A stretch of DNA of 60,408 bases, the filler included, from Sphacelaria rigidula (taxonomy: Eukaryota), in NCBI GenBank assembly GCA_964200075.2. It is 9 parts of 9 records of this genome, joined end to end, with 100 filler letters (N's around TTAATTAATTAA, not from the genome) between each part and the next. Parts side by side here need not be neighbours in the genome. Positions count along the whole stretch, not along the records: positions 6,725 to 13,347 come from CAXNAA020018985.1; positions 13,448 to 20,070 come from CAXNAA020018986.1; positions 20,171 to 26,793 come from CAXNAA020018987.1; 6 more parts are not named here. One strand, given 5' to 3'. The notes under the pieces are model-generated. The model did no database searches. It saw only the letters and a program-made list of their open reading frames with translations, and was not told where the DNA came from. A program made the translations under genes and the position numbers. Numbering within the stretch: the first letter of the stretch is position 1; every line of letters begins with the position of its first letter. Below are positions 12,701 through 25,310 of the stretch, piece after piece.

Positions 12701-13347
12701 GTCCGTGGAGAGCACAATTGTTGGGGAGATTTGTTGTCTCGCTGGGTGAAGGTTCCTACCGTGCCTGTTCGTTCTCTTTCCGTGTACAGCCCGCGTGATG
12801 TCGATGATTCACTGCCCTCGTTAGATAGATGTCATTTGTACCGCGCAGCGCAAAACAGTCAGCGGAGGTGTTCATCAATATCCTACGACTTTGGGTCAAG
12901 CTACTTAGGCTAACGATGGTTTGTTTCGCGTACGTGTTGGCAGTAGTGATGTTTTGTGGATTCCGTCGGACGATAAGGCTTTACATATTCGCTTGATAGT
13001 GTGCGCTCACATGCGGTCGGCTGCTCATCGTGGTGCGGCACCGACTCTGTTTCGTTTGGAAGAATACTGTGTGTGGCCTAACATGCATTCCCACATTCGC
13101 AAGTTCGTTCGCCAGTGTTTGCGGTGTGTAGACACTCGTGTTGGTGCGATTTTCCCTCGTCCATATGGCGATACTGTGCATGGTACTGCGCCAGGTGAAG
13201 TTGTTCACTTTGGTTTTCTGTACGTCGGAAGTAGCGGACCTGAAGGTGCTAATGGTTTGCCTGAGGAGGGTGGTTTTCGGTACGTTTTGGTTATCATGAA
13301 TGATTTGTCCAATTTCGATTGCTTGGAGCCGACCGAGGCTTGCACCG
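9759..13347 (+). mobile_element. Decayed, internally deleted Ty3/gypsy retrotransposon (gag, protease, RT/RNase H remnants, integrase)
   Basis: Zinc knuckle CYNCGDTGHMIKDC at about 11160-11201; protease LDSGC near 11760; RT start WASPAMAVPK; RNase H end YVIEHVRGEHNCWGDLLSR; integrase HHCC (AH....H.G...CLRC) and core up to the contig end. Confidence 0.93.
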
Positions 13348-13447
13348 NNNNNNNNNNNNNNNNNNNNNNNNNNNNNNNNNNNNNNNNNNNNTTAATTAAT
13401 TAANNNNNNNNNNNNNNNNNNNNNNNNNNNNNNNNNNNNNNNNNNNN
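13348..13447. other. Artificial contig spacer
   Basis: 44 N + TTAATTAATTAA + 44 N. Confidence 0.99.
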
Positions 13448-13753
13448 ATCTATTGATGACGGCAATGGCTATCGATGGATGGCTCACCAAACCTATTTAT
13501 TACGGCAATGGCTATCGATATATACAACCCAGAATCTATTGCGGTACACCATTTCCATCGATGGCGAGTGATTTTCATCTATTGTAATTGCCATAGGCTA
13601 TCGATCGACTATTGCAACATCTACTGTTCCTTGCAATGCATATCAATAGATGTCTTTCACCATCTATCGTGTTCGATAATATATATCGATAGATTTTCCC
13701 CGTGTCTATGGCTGAAGCAATGAACTATTATTGTGTCCATTGTCCAGGGTGTG
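13448..13753. mobile_element. Right end of a larger member of the CACACC-TIR family, with ATCGAT-rich subterminal repeats
   Basis: Ends TTGTCCAGGGTGTG as at 52114-52127 and 46182-46195; repeated GGCAATGGCTATCGAT and CTATTGCAAC motifs. Confidence 0.6.
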
Positions 13754-14179
13754 ATATCTTGTCGACTTTTCGGAAAATTTACCGAGTTTCTTAAAAACAG
13801 TACGAGCTAAAAAAATCCAACCTCATATTTCGATTTCAGATTCGGCGTCTTATGTCTCAGTTAGGGCTAGGCTTAGGAAATGAAATGTTCATTTTTTTGG
13901 TCTGGTTGAAAAATCTGATGTCACGTGTTTCGAGGAGAAATGGCTCTTCTCCGAAAAAGCCGGAAAAGTTTGAGAGAAAGAAAAGTTCCGTTGACGATAA
14001 CGACCCAGTATTTCAGCCGGCTTTCTTCAAAAACCAAGTTTGGAAGGACTTGATTTGGGATAATTCGACGTTCGAACGACACGCGTAGGTTTTGGGGTTT
14101 TGCACAGATACGGCATCACATTTTCTTCGCCGTAGGTGAGGTATCGACGATGTAGTCTCAGGCATCAAGCGGTCACGTA

Positions 14180-14420
14180 CCGAGCGGCGCTACGGTAGGG
14201 GTGCATTTTTGTTTCTGTGAGGTTTGAATTGTTAGCTCCTCTCTATATCATCCAATGGATGACATATGTACGAAATCTGTGAGAGCATGTCACGATCAAG
14301 ATTCCAATGGTCTAGGGGCATCTCGAATGAATTTGACAACAGGAAAGCCCTGATCCATATTCTTGTGTGGCTCGTAACTTTAGAAAGCCCCTGAATGAGA
14401 AACCTGGGTCCAAACGTGCA
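14180..14420 (+). mobile_element. Partial copy of the Tc1/mariner-like MITE at 44658-44918
   Basis: TA|CCGAGCGGCGCTACGGTAGGGGTGCA...TGAGGTTTGAATTGTTAG...GAATGAATTTG...GCCCTGATCCATATT aligns by eye to 44658-44850. Confidence 0.7.
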
Positions 14421-14499
14421 ACCTCGACCGCAGAATGGCTCTACCATTCAACGAAAACAGCACCTCCAATATTTTTTGTCGGCCCTGGGGCCGAAGGAG

Positions 14500-17400
14500 G
14501 GGTTTGGTGAGCTCTCGGCAAAACCCATACTCCACTGTGATGCCCTTAACTCATGCACCCATGAGACTGTGAATTGGACCATCTTTCGTATCACTCTTGC
14601 CGCACGCATCGTCCGTATCGTGACATGTGAGGGGACGGGGACACAGAGGTTAGTTGACCCATGCAACTGGGCTGCTAAGTGTGACCAAACCTTCGAGGTG
14701 AACGGACTCGAGTGGGGAGTGTGTTACAGAGCCTGTGGTGAGATATACCTCGCCTCGAGAGATTTCCTGTTAGCTCTGGGTATTACGTGTCGTTTTCTGT
14801 ACATGCGCCTTATTTCGAGCACATAACTCCACGGTTGGGACGAATAAAATTGTGATTCAACTCATTTTCGTCATCACAACGAATACATCATACGAGTCAT
14901 TTATCATTTGTAATTTATACAGGTTCTGACCTCTTGTGTCGTGCAGTACACCGTCAACGGTACCTGTTCCCTACCTCCAGGTCATGGGGGGTAGATCATG
15001 GACACATGCTAACCCCCTGTAGAAAAATGCGGCATGGATCGATTGTACATGCCGCCCACACTTACCATGAGGCGTGAATGGCATCTACATCGATGTCATG
15101 CGTATGTCTCCGTGCGGGACGAAGAGTCGGCACATGGTTGAATCCTCTAATGACATGGGCCTTGCATCGGTCGTACTTTTCTTCCAATCTGTATGCGGTT
15201 GAGATGACTGTACTGCATATGTTATCCACCGTCGTGTGCATGCGGGACCAACACTCGAATACAGGTTGACTCCTGTCATATCATGAGAAGTAAACTCGTA
15301 TAAATCCTGATTCGTCCTAACCGTGCATAAGTCCAACCCTAACTCCCGCACGTTATCCCTGAAATGTGACAGGAAAAAGATCGTGCTGAAAATGTGCTGG
15401 GCCTGATCTCGAAAGACTATCCTGAGAGCCTGAACAACAGGCTTCATCAATTCCTTGAGGATACAGAGGTGCGTATTGCGGCCATGAACATGGAAGGGAC
15501 GGCGCGTCAACGTAGAGAAACACGAAGGATAACGCCAGGACACGTACCATTTGCTTCGTCGATGCGTTACAGAGGTTACCGTCGATTGGTTAGGTGTTGA
15601 CCGGTCACCCACGGTTTGAAGATTTTCCCACCTTTCGTCTGTCCGTTGTCTCCTCCTAGTGCTAGATTGAAGATTTGCGAACGCGCGTTCAACCAAACAC
15701 CCCACGCGCCCAGGTTTTGCCTGCTAGCGTCAGAGTGATGCATCTAGCCCTAGGTAATAAGTTCGACCAAAGTGTCCTCCCCACAATATTGAAGCCTGCA
15801 TATGCTTACCTGATTTCCTATTGATGTGTCCCCTGCCTGCTCGATTTGCTTGACCGGCCTTGCTTCGCGTGGGTTTTGGCTATTGTTGTGCGAACAACAA
15901 ATCATTGGAACATGACGTTTTGGGCGAGGAACAGGATGGCGGAGTGAGAGCGTTTGTGAGCGGGCTCGCTGTGGCATCAGCTCAAGTGATGATTGCGTCT
16001 TCCATGAACGACCGCAAAGCCGGCGGGATACCAGAGGCAGCCGTGTGTCAAAAGCCGTACTCGGGGTATATTCATTTAATCAGCGAGTGGAGAGCAGAAA
16101 TCACGAAAAAAACACCTGACACCACAGTCCGTCTTTGGCCGTTCGAGACACCGTGATGACTTCCTGCGTGGATATATGATGAAATCAGTAAATCTAAGGA
16201 AATGTAGGTAAACAGTGGTTGGTACTCGATTTTACTTCATTTCAGACTCAAGAAAATCCTGAGAAAATTCATGGCTGATTTTGATCTGCGTCAAATACAA
16301 CCACAACCATTGTTTTTCATCCTGTGCTAAGATGACCCTTGTTTTTGCTCCCTTGTTTTTGCTCTTTTTAGTCAAATCGCTCGAAACTTCAGAGAATTTA
16401 ATCTTCACTAATTGCGTGGGCAGTGCCACGCACTAGGTTTTGGTCCATTTGCATCAGGCAGTAGGACTCACAATCAATATCGTGGCTCTACTATAATTGC
16501 GTTTTCACCAGTGGCTCTTGTTGCAGTGCTGTTAACCCGTTCCGATTCATTTTCCCTGCTATCAGATACTTTGTGCATGCCGTTACGTGCAAGTGATGGC
16601 TGGAACAGGGCCTAATGTCGCCTTTTCGTTGGTGGGCGAAAGGGGTATTATATAGAAATCATTGTTGCTTTTTTTTTATTACATCCGTGCTTCAGTGGAA
16701 GTAATTTGATGTGTTTGGGTTCGTTCAGCAAGTGGTGATGAGCGGCTAGAGACATGCCATATTATGCATGTAGACCGAGCTGGGTACCCGATTCTGCCGC
16801 CCACTTTGATAATCTTGTGTTAAGTTCTGCTGCCTTGCACTATGCCTGAAAACTATCCACAAGGCATGTAGGATGTGGTTTTCGTTTTGCATACGGGGAG
16901 AGGGGGGGTGGCATGCGGCGAATGGCGAAGGATCTCTAGAAAGTTTCCCGTCCATGTTTGTGCTGGTTGCCTGGAGTCTTTTCGTGGAGGTACTGCGCCA
17001 CGTGTGTGTATATGTGCATGCGCGTATGTATGTGCATATGTGTGTGCGCACCCAGCGTCGCTTCTGACGTGGTCAGTGAGGAGTAGCGCGTTCTCCCTGT
17101 GCGTGAAATGTTTTGTGTTGTCCACTCCAGGCGCGCAGTGCAAGTGTCTTTATATTATTCCCAGTTCGTCAAAACTGGGTCCCTGTGGTGGTTACTCTAG
17201 AGGCTGAAGCTATTTCATCCGGTTTGGACTGAAATCAACAATTCCAATGTTTGTTCGTAGAGGCACGAACATTATTGTACTCGTAGGGTTTAGATTAGCG
17301 GTCAATATCAGATATTATCTGGACTTGTACAATACCTGACCTGTAGTACTAGTTGGTAGGCTTTCTGCTACATCTGTGTATTGTGTGTTCTGTTCCAGTA

Positions 17401-18480
17401 TTTGCATTCTCTGTAGATTGTTTTGCCTATAGGGCTGCACTGCATATACCTTTAATTATGGTACGCTGCTGCTGTCGTTTGTGAATGAATGCACGTAGTA
17501 CACAGCTAGGCGCCCAGCCGTGCTTACCGTATTGTCTGTGACATGCTTCAGAGGTCTTTTTTCGATGCGAGCAGTTATCAGTATTGACATTGTTGCTGTA
17601 GGAAACGGCGGCAGCTGTACTGCCTGACGTTTAGTCCTTTCCTACAGCTGTTCAGTGTCTTCGCCGTACAGGCTCCGGCAGCGCGGCTGCAATGTAGGTA
17701 CGCACGGTACATTACAGAGCGCTAGTGCTGCCGATTGTGCTGTCAAGTCCTGATTTCATTTTTACGGGACAGAAAAGTCTAAGAGTGTACGCCGTGGCTC
17801 AAGGGACTAAATAGGAGTAGCACACCTTTCGGTGCGGGGAGCAGCGCTTCACGCCTGCTTGGCACTTCTAAGATATCCTTCATCTCCTCAGCCCCACGCC
17901 AAGGGTGCTTGGACAGCATACCCTAACTTTTCAGTCTTCAACACATGGAAACGAGGTGAATAAGGCGCGGAGGAGGTGGGCTTGTTGTAGCACACACACC
18001 CTTCCCCCCCCATTTTGTCAAAAAACCTGCGGGGGCTACACCCCTTGCCAGAAAAAGTGTCATAGTATCCCTATTTTGCCCACGTATATGCCCCCTTTAT
18101 GTTCAATGGGCTCTTCTGCGAAGTGCGCAGAGGACGCTCCGAACAGTCTGACGCATATCCCATTTTGTCGATTCCCACCTTCCCGAAGAGCTCAAAAAGC
18201 TCAACGAGGAAGGAGTTGTAAAAATGTGGTCTGCCGATGGTGGCTCTACAGACAGCAAGAGATCCGACGACGTGTCCAAGGTGTGAACGGTTATGCTGCG
18301 AGCAGATCACAAAAAGTCGGACATGTTTGAAAAAGCTTGACGTCACACGCCTGCACAACGATATGATGGTGGTGCACCACACCCAACAGCACAATGGAAT
18401 CATGTCGGTGCCGCTTCCGAACGATACTTGGCAGCAGCGCGGCGGCTTCATTGGCATTCTGTCAACCGCGAACGATCCAC
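14500..18480 (+). mobile_element. Possible highly degenerate CxC/KDZ-type transposon relic (discontinuous)
   Basis: Cys-rich ORF 14395-14826 (C...WTIFRIT...IVTC...C.W...VCY..CGEIYLASRDFLL); CTC......GIYID near 15045-15095; FVD.H...CK..C...GVNGYA(fs)EQ near 18160-18310. Motif resemblance only. Confidence 0.3.
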
Positions 18481-19054
18481 CCTGATCAATCCCCCATGCA
18501 ACAAAGGCGCACGGACGGGTGCCCGGTACAAGGTACACACGTAGACAAATAGCACCCTGTGGGGGCACGTCTACAGGGTTCAGGGAAACTGTGCAGTGTT
18601 TCTCGCGGGGATCTAAAAGCATACGCGGTTGAGTGATTTTGGTAGACTGCGCACCACGGGGTTTTCAAAAACAATGTAGATCGATATGCGAGGTATATAC
18701 CGTTTCACTAGCTTCACATCACGCCAAGTTTGTGCTTGAAGCACAGGTGTGGACATACACACCTGACCAATGTGTGGGATCTCTACTCAGCGAAAGCTGT
18801 TGAGAAATATTCATCCTTCAGGGCTATAGGATGAATTGCTCTCAACAACAACTGTTGTTGCGTATCTGATCCCATACGCTGATAACGGTGCAGTATGCGG
18901 GATATGCACAGCTGACGCTGCTTGCAATGAATCTCTGTTCCCCCAATTTCCGAATGAAATTGGAGGGCAAAGTGAAGATTCATTTTGAGCTTCTTCTGCT
19001 GTTCTAATTCCAAATCTGCCAGTGTGCATGGGATTTGCGCAGCAGAATAAGCTG

Positions 19055-19286
19055 TTCGAAATATATCCTTTTTATTCCCCAATTTATATGGGCGAAAAAA
19101 GGATCTATTTTGAATAGGTTCTTCTGCTCTTCGAAATATATCCTTTTTTTGCCCACATAAAGTGGACGAAAACAGGATCTGTTTTGAATAGCTTTTCCTG
19201 CTGTCCGAGATAAATCCCTTTTTGCCCGATTCGATTTGAATCGGGCAAAAAGGGATTTATCTCGGACAGCAGGAAAAGCTATTCAA
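19055..19286. repeat. Three tandem ~77-bp self-complementary units; the last forms a perfect 49-bp hairpin
   Basis: Arms 19184-19232 and 19238-19286 are exact reverse complements around a GATTT loop. Upstream units repeat TTCGAAATATATCCTTTT...AAAAGGATCT.TTTTGAATAG. Confidence 0.9.
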
Positions 19287-19527
19287 TATATTTACACAGA
19301 TTTTTTACCAAAATAATTTGGAATTTTCGAAATTGGGAGGACCTCTCCACAGGGTTGCTTGCAAGGTTTCGACAAAATGCTATGCAAAATACTATTACAG
19401 GTACTAGGGTTTGCAAATGCTGCACAGGAGTTTTCACAAAGACTGTGGAGAACCCTGTGCAGCTCGCCCTACAGGGTGCTATTCGTCCACGTGTGTATCC
19501 TCACTTTGTTGCGTCTCTAAGGCCGGG

Positions 19528-19995
19528 TGTTATGGCACACAGAATTTTGGCCCACGGGTTGTTCACTTTTGGGACGTTTAAGCCAACTTTTGACCCCCAA
19601 ACAGGGGAAATCGCCAACACACGTCTTGAACATTTTGCATCACCCCACAGAGAAAAGCCTAGCCTACTTTTCAGATTCGCTTGGTTTCAAGGTTTCGAGA
19701 GCGACCGCTGAACAGTAATCCGTGCGCAATAAAATCTACGGATATCTCCACAGATTATTGAGCAAACTGGCGAGGGTCGGCAAGCAAAGATTTCTGCACA
19801 CGAATTAGTGTTCAGCGGCCAATCTCGAAACCTCCGTGCCAAACGAGTCTGAAAAGCAGGTTAAGCTCCCCTCTGTGGGGTGATGTAAAGTGTCCGAGGC
19901 ATGTGTTGGCGATTTTCCCTGTGTAGGGGTCGAAACGTGGGTCAAACGTCCCAAAAGTGAACAATCCGTGGGCCGAGAACCTGTTTGCCATTACA
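19528..19995. mobile_element. Fold-back element with ~200-bp imperfect inverted arms
   Basis: Arms translate alike on opposite strands (AHGLFTFGTF.P.FDP..G.IANT.L.HF.SPHR); same arrangement at 50726-51090. Confidence 0.85.
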
Positions 19996-20017
19996 TTCAA
20001 CAGACAGTTCTATAAAA

Positions 20018-20070
20018 TGAGGTTCATCAATGAAATGAGGTTCGAGCCCAAAACAGTACTTTCTCCACAC
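20018..20070 (+). repeat. High-copy repeat end at a contig break
   Basis: TGAGGTT...TGAGG(T/C)TC(G/A)AGCCCAAAACAGT..TT..CCACAC shared with 33440-33503, 20171-20220 (-) and 40187-40232. Confidence 0.75.
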
Positions 20071-20170
20071 NNNNNNNNNNNNNNNNNNNNNNNNNNNNNN
20101 NNNNNNNNNNNNNNTTAATTAATTAANNNNNNNNNNNNNNNNNNNNNNNNNNNNNNNNNNNNNNNNNNNN
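20071..20170. other. Artificial contig spacer
   Basis: 44 N + TTAATTAATTAA + 44 N. Confidence 0.99.
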
Positions 20171-21783
20171 GTTTTGGGCTTGAGCCTCATCTCGAAGTTA
20201 AACCTCAATTCGCACAATTTGCTATTAAATACAGAAGCTAACCCCCCTTTTCTTTAACCTACCACAGCACGGCCGCAGCATAAACGTTGAAGAGCGAAAG
20301 AATGACACATCTACTTCCCCGTATCAAGTCGCAAAACAACCGAGATTATCCGCCATATCATAACAAACATAAGACAAGAATACAAGCCAAAACCTAGACA
20401 TGTAACTAATAGCGTGAAGGTTGACCACCTTACATGCAAATCGGAAGTACAGAAGAGATAACCAGTACGGATAGGGTAGGGTCATCACCCCCTTCATGTC
20501 AAATTCACATGGAGAATGAGGTCTCGGGATGAGATACCCGTAAAACCTTACCGGTTTCCATTGGGCGGTGGGAGTCTGGTCAGCCATTTTCCTGAAATTT
20601 CCGACATTAGGTGCTAAAAGCGACATATGAAGGAAAGGGGTGGACAATGCATGGCATAAATGCCAAGACCTACTGCACTCATGAAAACAAACACCTTACC
20701 GATGACCGACCACATGACCTACGAGAAGGAGCACCAAAGCGGTACGTAGACTTCTTGAGATCTTGAACGATAGAAGCTGGTACAAAGTGTGGGGGAACCG
20801 TTGGCCAAGCTTTCGGCAGAGAACGTCTACTCGGAAGCATCAGTGGAGCAGCGACCCATGGTGAGCCGTACACCGAGTGGGAAAAGTGATGTACGAGACA
20901 TCCCGATGTGAGTAGTAAGGACCTGTATTTTGCAAGTCGTCCTTGAATCTCACACGGTGAAAATGACCTCCCTGGAGGAGAGTAACCAGCACAGCAGCGG
21001 GGCAAAAAGATACAAAATATGATCGTGGGACGCCTGGATGGTTCACCATGATGATCGCCTGACACAAACGTGGGGTACTTGTGTCCAAGGTGTTAAACTT
21101 GACTGCAGGCTACGACTTGATGTTGGAGGCATTATTTAGTGTTGGTGAGCCAGCAAACGACCTACAAGGCACCAGACCCTCAACAAGTACTGGGATTGAG
21201 ATATCTCAGTACGCTGACTACATATCACCATTACAAGTGAAACGATTAAGCTGGATGTTCTCTCGAAAGAGATCAAGAGAGAGACGGTACAAAAGGGCGG
21301 ATGGAGAAGTAGAGAGTGGACGGGTAAAATACTAGTAGTGCTGGTATTCGGGGTTCGTAGCGATATGGCAAGAACAGAGTTTCGAATGAAATGTAATGGA
21401 GTTGGACTGTACTGTTCGGCAAGAGGAAAGTTGAAGGGGAAGGAGAACACTTCCGAGTCACGCTAAAACAGCGCGCGAGCAAGGAGTGAGAAAAGATGGA
21501 GACAAGTAAGGCGTCGGCATGGGTGAGGAGAGTACGGAGGAAAGTATGCATAGCTAATGAAACAACAAACCCTAGACATAGCCCACGGGTAAACGGAGGG
21601 GGAGAGAGGCAGGAACAGGTGGCTGCCCGGAAGGGGAAGGGGAGGGAACATAGCGGCCCGAAGCAATGAGGCGAAGACCAGCGCAGAAACAAGAAGAACA
21701 GCCAAGCAAGGGAAAGTAAAAGTAAAAACGACGGAGAAAGAACAGTAGACAACACGAGAGCAGATAATAATTCGGAAAGGAAG

Positions 21784-24700
21784 TTGGGAATAGGAACGTG
21801 GAACGTGTGTGGGTTCGCCACAGACAAGCGCAAACGAGAAGAGATAGCGCAACAAGTGAGTAAACACGAGCTAGGTATTGTAGGAATTCAAGAGTCATGG
21901 GAGAAAGATGGGGCGGAAATAGGATGCAAAGTTGAAGGGTACGCATGGATAGGGAAGAAGCGGAAGGGACAGAAGTCCAAGAGTAGGGGAGCGAGGGGGG
22001 GTGAAATTCTTAGTCAAGGAATACTTGTGTGACAGTATAAAAGTGATTGACGACACGAAATTCGATGAGAGCATATGGCTAATGGTACCAGGAGACCGAG
22101 GAACGAAGGATTTCGTCGTAGGTGACATCTGCACGTCCCCAGAATCGAAGAGTAGGGTGACCGATATACAACGAAGGTTTGGGGAGAAAGCAGCAGATGT
22201 AAATAGGTATAAAGGACAAGGAGAAGTAATGTTAATTAGAAGTTTTAATGCAAGAGTAGGAAAAGCAGGTCAACCGAATGACATCATTGCGCAATATGGG
22301 AAAGAAACGAAGAACGCGAATGGGGTAGAAATGCTCAAGTTCCTTCAGCATAACGAGATGAAGACGCTGAGCGATAGAGCACCAAAGCCAGAGGCGCAAT
22401 GGACATGGACTAGAAAATGCAAAAACGAGATATAACGTTCCGTTCTTGACTATTTCGTGGTGGAGCATGTAAATAGTGAAGGAATGGAAGTAAATGTATG
22501 CGCGGAGGACGTGGGAAAAACAGAATATTGCCTAATATGGATAAAAAGCCAACAGACTAGAGCTCAACGAAATAGGCGGGGTAGGAAGTTGTACAGTGGA
22601 GAATCGATAAAATGGATATGGAAGAAAAACAGCAAGAGTTCCAAGAGGAGATGGCCAAAAATGCAGTGAAATTTTCCGAGCTGTTGGAACGCGTAGGTGC
22701 AGTTGATACCGAAATGGAACGAAATCGGGCAGGGGCGAAGATCATAGAAGGATGGGAGCAGATGGTCAAGAACACAGCGCGTGAAGTCATGGGGAGGAAT
22801 CTGATCGTATGCAACAGAGCAGTAAAATGGTGGGATAAGGAAGTAAAAGAGGCTGTAAGAGCAAGGAGAGAGACCCATGCGGGATGGATGTCGAGCAAAA
22901 CTACGGCAGGATGGGAGGAGTACACTATAGCTCGAGGAAGTAAAACAGATGGTACAGCAAAAAAAGGGAAGTTTGGGAAGGTGTGGTGAAAGAACAAATG
23001 AAGACTTCGACGGCGGGATGAAACAAATGTGGGCAGGGATAGAAGGGATAACGAGAAGCCAGACGAAGAGCATGGACAAGGAGATAGCTACACTCCGAGC
23101 ACAGAACGGTGAAATGGTCAGCAGTTCGAAGGGAAAGAGAGAAGTGCTAGTCGAGCACTACCGTAAACTAGGAACACCAGAAACTACCATGGAGTTCGAC
23201 TCAAAATTCGGAAAAGAAAACAACGAGCGGGCAAAGGCAAATAACGGGAGGATAGCGGCTCGAAAGAATTGCAGAGAGAGTCTAGCAGAGATGAAGTGAA
23301 GGAGTAGATAGCTGAACTCGAGAACAAAAAGGCAGCAGGGGCAGACGGAATGGTGAATTAATTCCTGAAGTATGAATTCCTGAAGTGCGGGAGAGAGGGA
23401 ATGATTACCATGATAAAGAAAAGAGACAGGGCTGTCCCAGGAAACTTGAGAGGGATATCGCTACTGAGCACGGTAGGGAACACATTATGTAAGACTCTGA
23501 ACGATAGAGTAGGAACGATGCTAGAGGCGGAAGAGATCAGCAAGAGGCAAGCAGGATTTAGACCAAACCAAAGTTGCGTAGACCATGCGTGCACACCAGG
23601 TAAGATTATTCAGGGTAGGAATGACACCGGACAACGTACTGTTTCTTTCTAGACGTGCAAAAGGCTCATGACGCAGTATGGAGAAATGGCTTGTGAAAAA
23701 AGTTGTGGGAAGCTGGGATCAGAGGAAAGATGTGGAGAATGGTGAAGAAGATGGCAGAATGTGCCAAAAGTGCCATGATGCTAGACGGGGAAATATCGAA
23801 ATACTTCGATATCTTATACAGGTAGTTGCGCAAGGATGTACGTTGTCACCCACTTTGTTCAAGGTATTGATTGATGACTAGAAAACAGCAAATAGAAGCA
23901 GCAAAGCAAGGGGTCAAGTTGGGTGAAGGTATAGTATCAGGATTGATGTTTGCGGATAATTCTGTGGGGATTTCAGAAACACCAGAAGATTACAGACATA
24001 GATAAACAAGGCGCTAGAATGAACTAGGAAATGGAAAGTGTCAGCGAACGTCAACGAATGCGCGGTACTCGTCTGTAACGAAGATACGAACATATTCGGT
24101 ACAGTTCAAATGGAAGTGGGGAGAAGAGGAGCTGCCGATCGTCGACCAGTATACGTACCTTGGCGTAGAGATCTCAAAAACGTTTTTTGGGATGCACACA
24201 TAAAAATGGTAATAGAAAGGGTAAGGCACAGATAGAAAAGATGGACGTGATCCTTGAGACATGCATCTAGACACTAGGACCAAGAACTGTATCCTGATGA
24301 CCGTGATTGCACCAAAGCTGGAATATGCAGGAGAAGCATGGGAGGGGAACGTGAAGTTGGTGGAGATGTTGGAAACAGTACAGATGGCAGCAGCTAGGAA
24401 GATACTTGGATGCAAAACGACGAGTGATACAGTTTCGAGAGCAGAGTTGGGAATGTACCCACTTAAAACAAACAGAGACATGAGGAAATTGCGATGACAA
24501 TATAGCTAAAAAACACGCAGAGGAAGAAATTGGCAGCTGTACGTAATAAGATTGTATGGAAGAAAAGTACGACAGGGGAGGCTGGAGTAATGTGGGATAA
24601 AGAAGTCGAGGAAATATGGAAGAAGATAAGAGGAAACCAAGACCAAATACTGTCTATAGATGAACGTGCGGGGTACAAGACAAAAGTAAGAGACATGATA

Positions 24701-25310
24701 GAAATAAGGGGAACAGGAGCGCTCAGGCGCAAAGTAGACGAGGAAGAACACCTGAAGATATAGGAGGGGTTGAGAGAGGGGATAGGGATGAAATCATATT
24801 TGCATGGCCCAATGGACACTGCGAAAAATCAGAAACTGCGATTTCGGGTGGGGGACCTGGACCTGCCAGAAACGAGAAAATATATATACCAGTCGTCGGA
24901 AAGAAGAGGGATAGCAGATGGACAGGATTGCCCCTGTGGCAAAGCAATAGAGAGTAGAAGTCATGGGGTGGCAGGACGTGCACTATACAGAGAGGAACGA
25001 AACGTGCTTAAGGGGGAAATGCGGGACATAAACAAAGATGTCATTAAATTGTTTGATGCTATGAGACAGTAGGGAGAAGACGAGGGTTACACTAGGTGAT
25101 GGATGGTGGCCAGAGATGGCGAAACAGGAAGGGAATAAGATATGTGAAAGATTTTTGTGCAATGTATGGAAGAAGCGTAATGATCGCCGGAATGCTGGAG
25201 GTGTCCCTCTCAGGAGTAGGAACGGTGCTCCGTCTCGAAAGGGATGCGTGGTCAATGGTCAAACGACTGAGGCAAGCAACAAATGAGTACCTCCCCCCCC
25301 CCTCCCCCCC
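21784..25310 (+). mobile_element. Decayed near full-length non-LTR retrotransposon (APE endonuclease, RT, C-terminal zinc-finger remnant)
   Basis: GTWNVCG, IVGIQESW, FNARVG, LDYF (APE); KAAGADG, NLRGISLLS, QAGFRPNQSCVDH, FLDVQKAHD, QGCTLSPTLF, LMFADN, YTYLG, PKLEYA (RT); CPCG..IESRSH; many stops and frameshifts; ends ATGAGTAC + C-tract. Confidence 0.95.
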
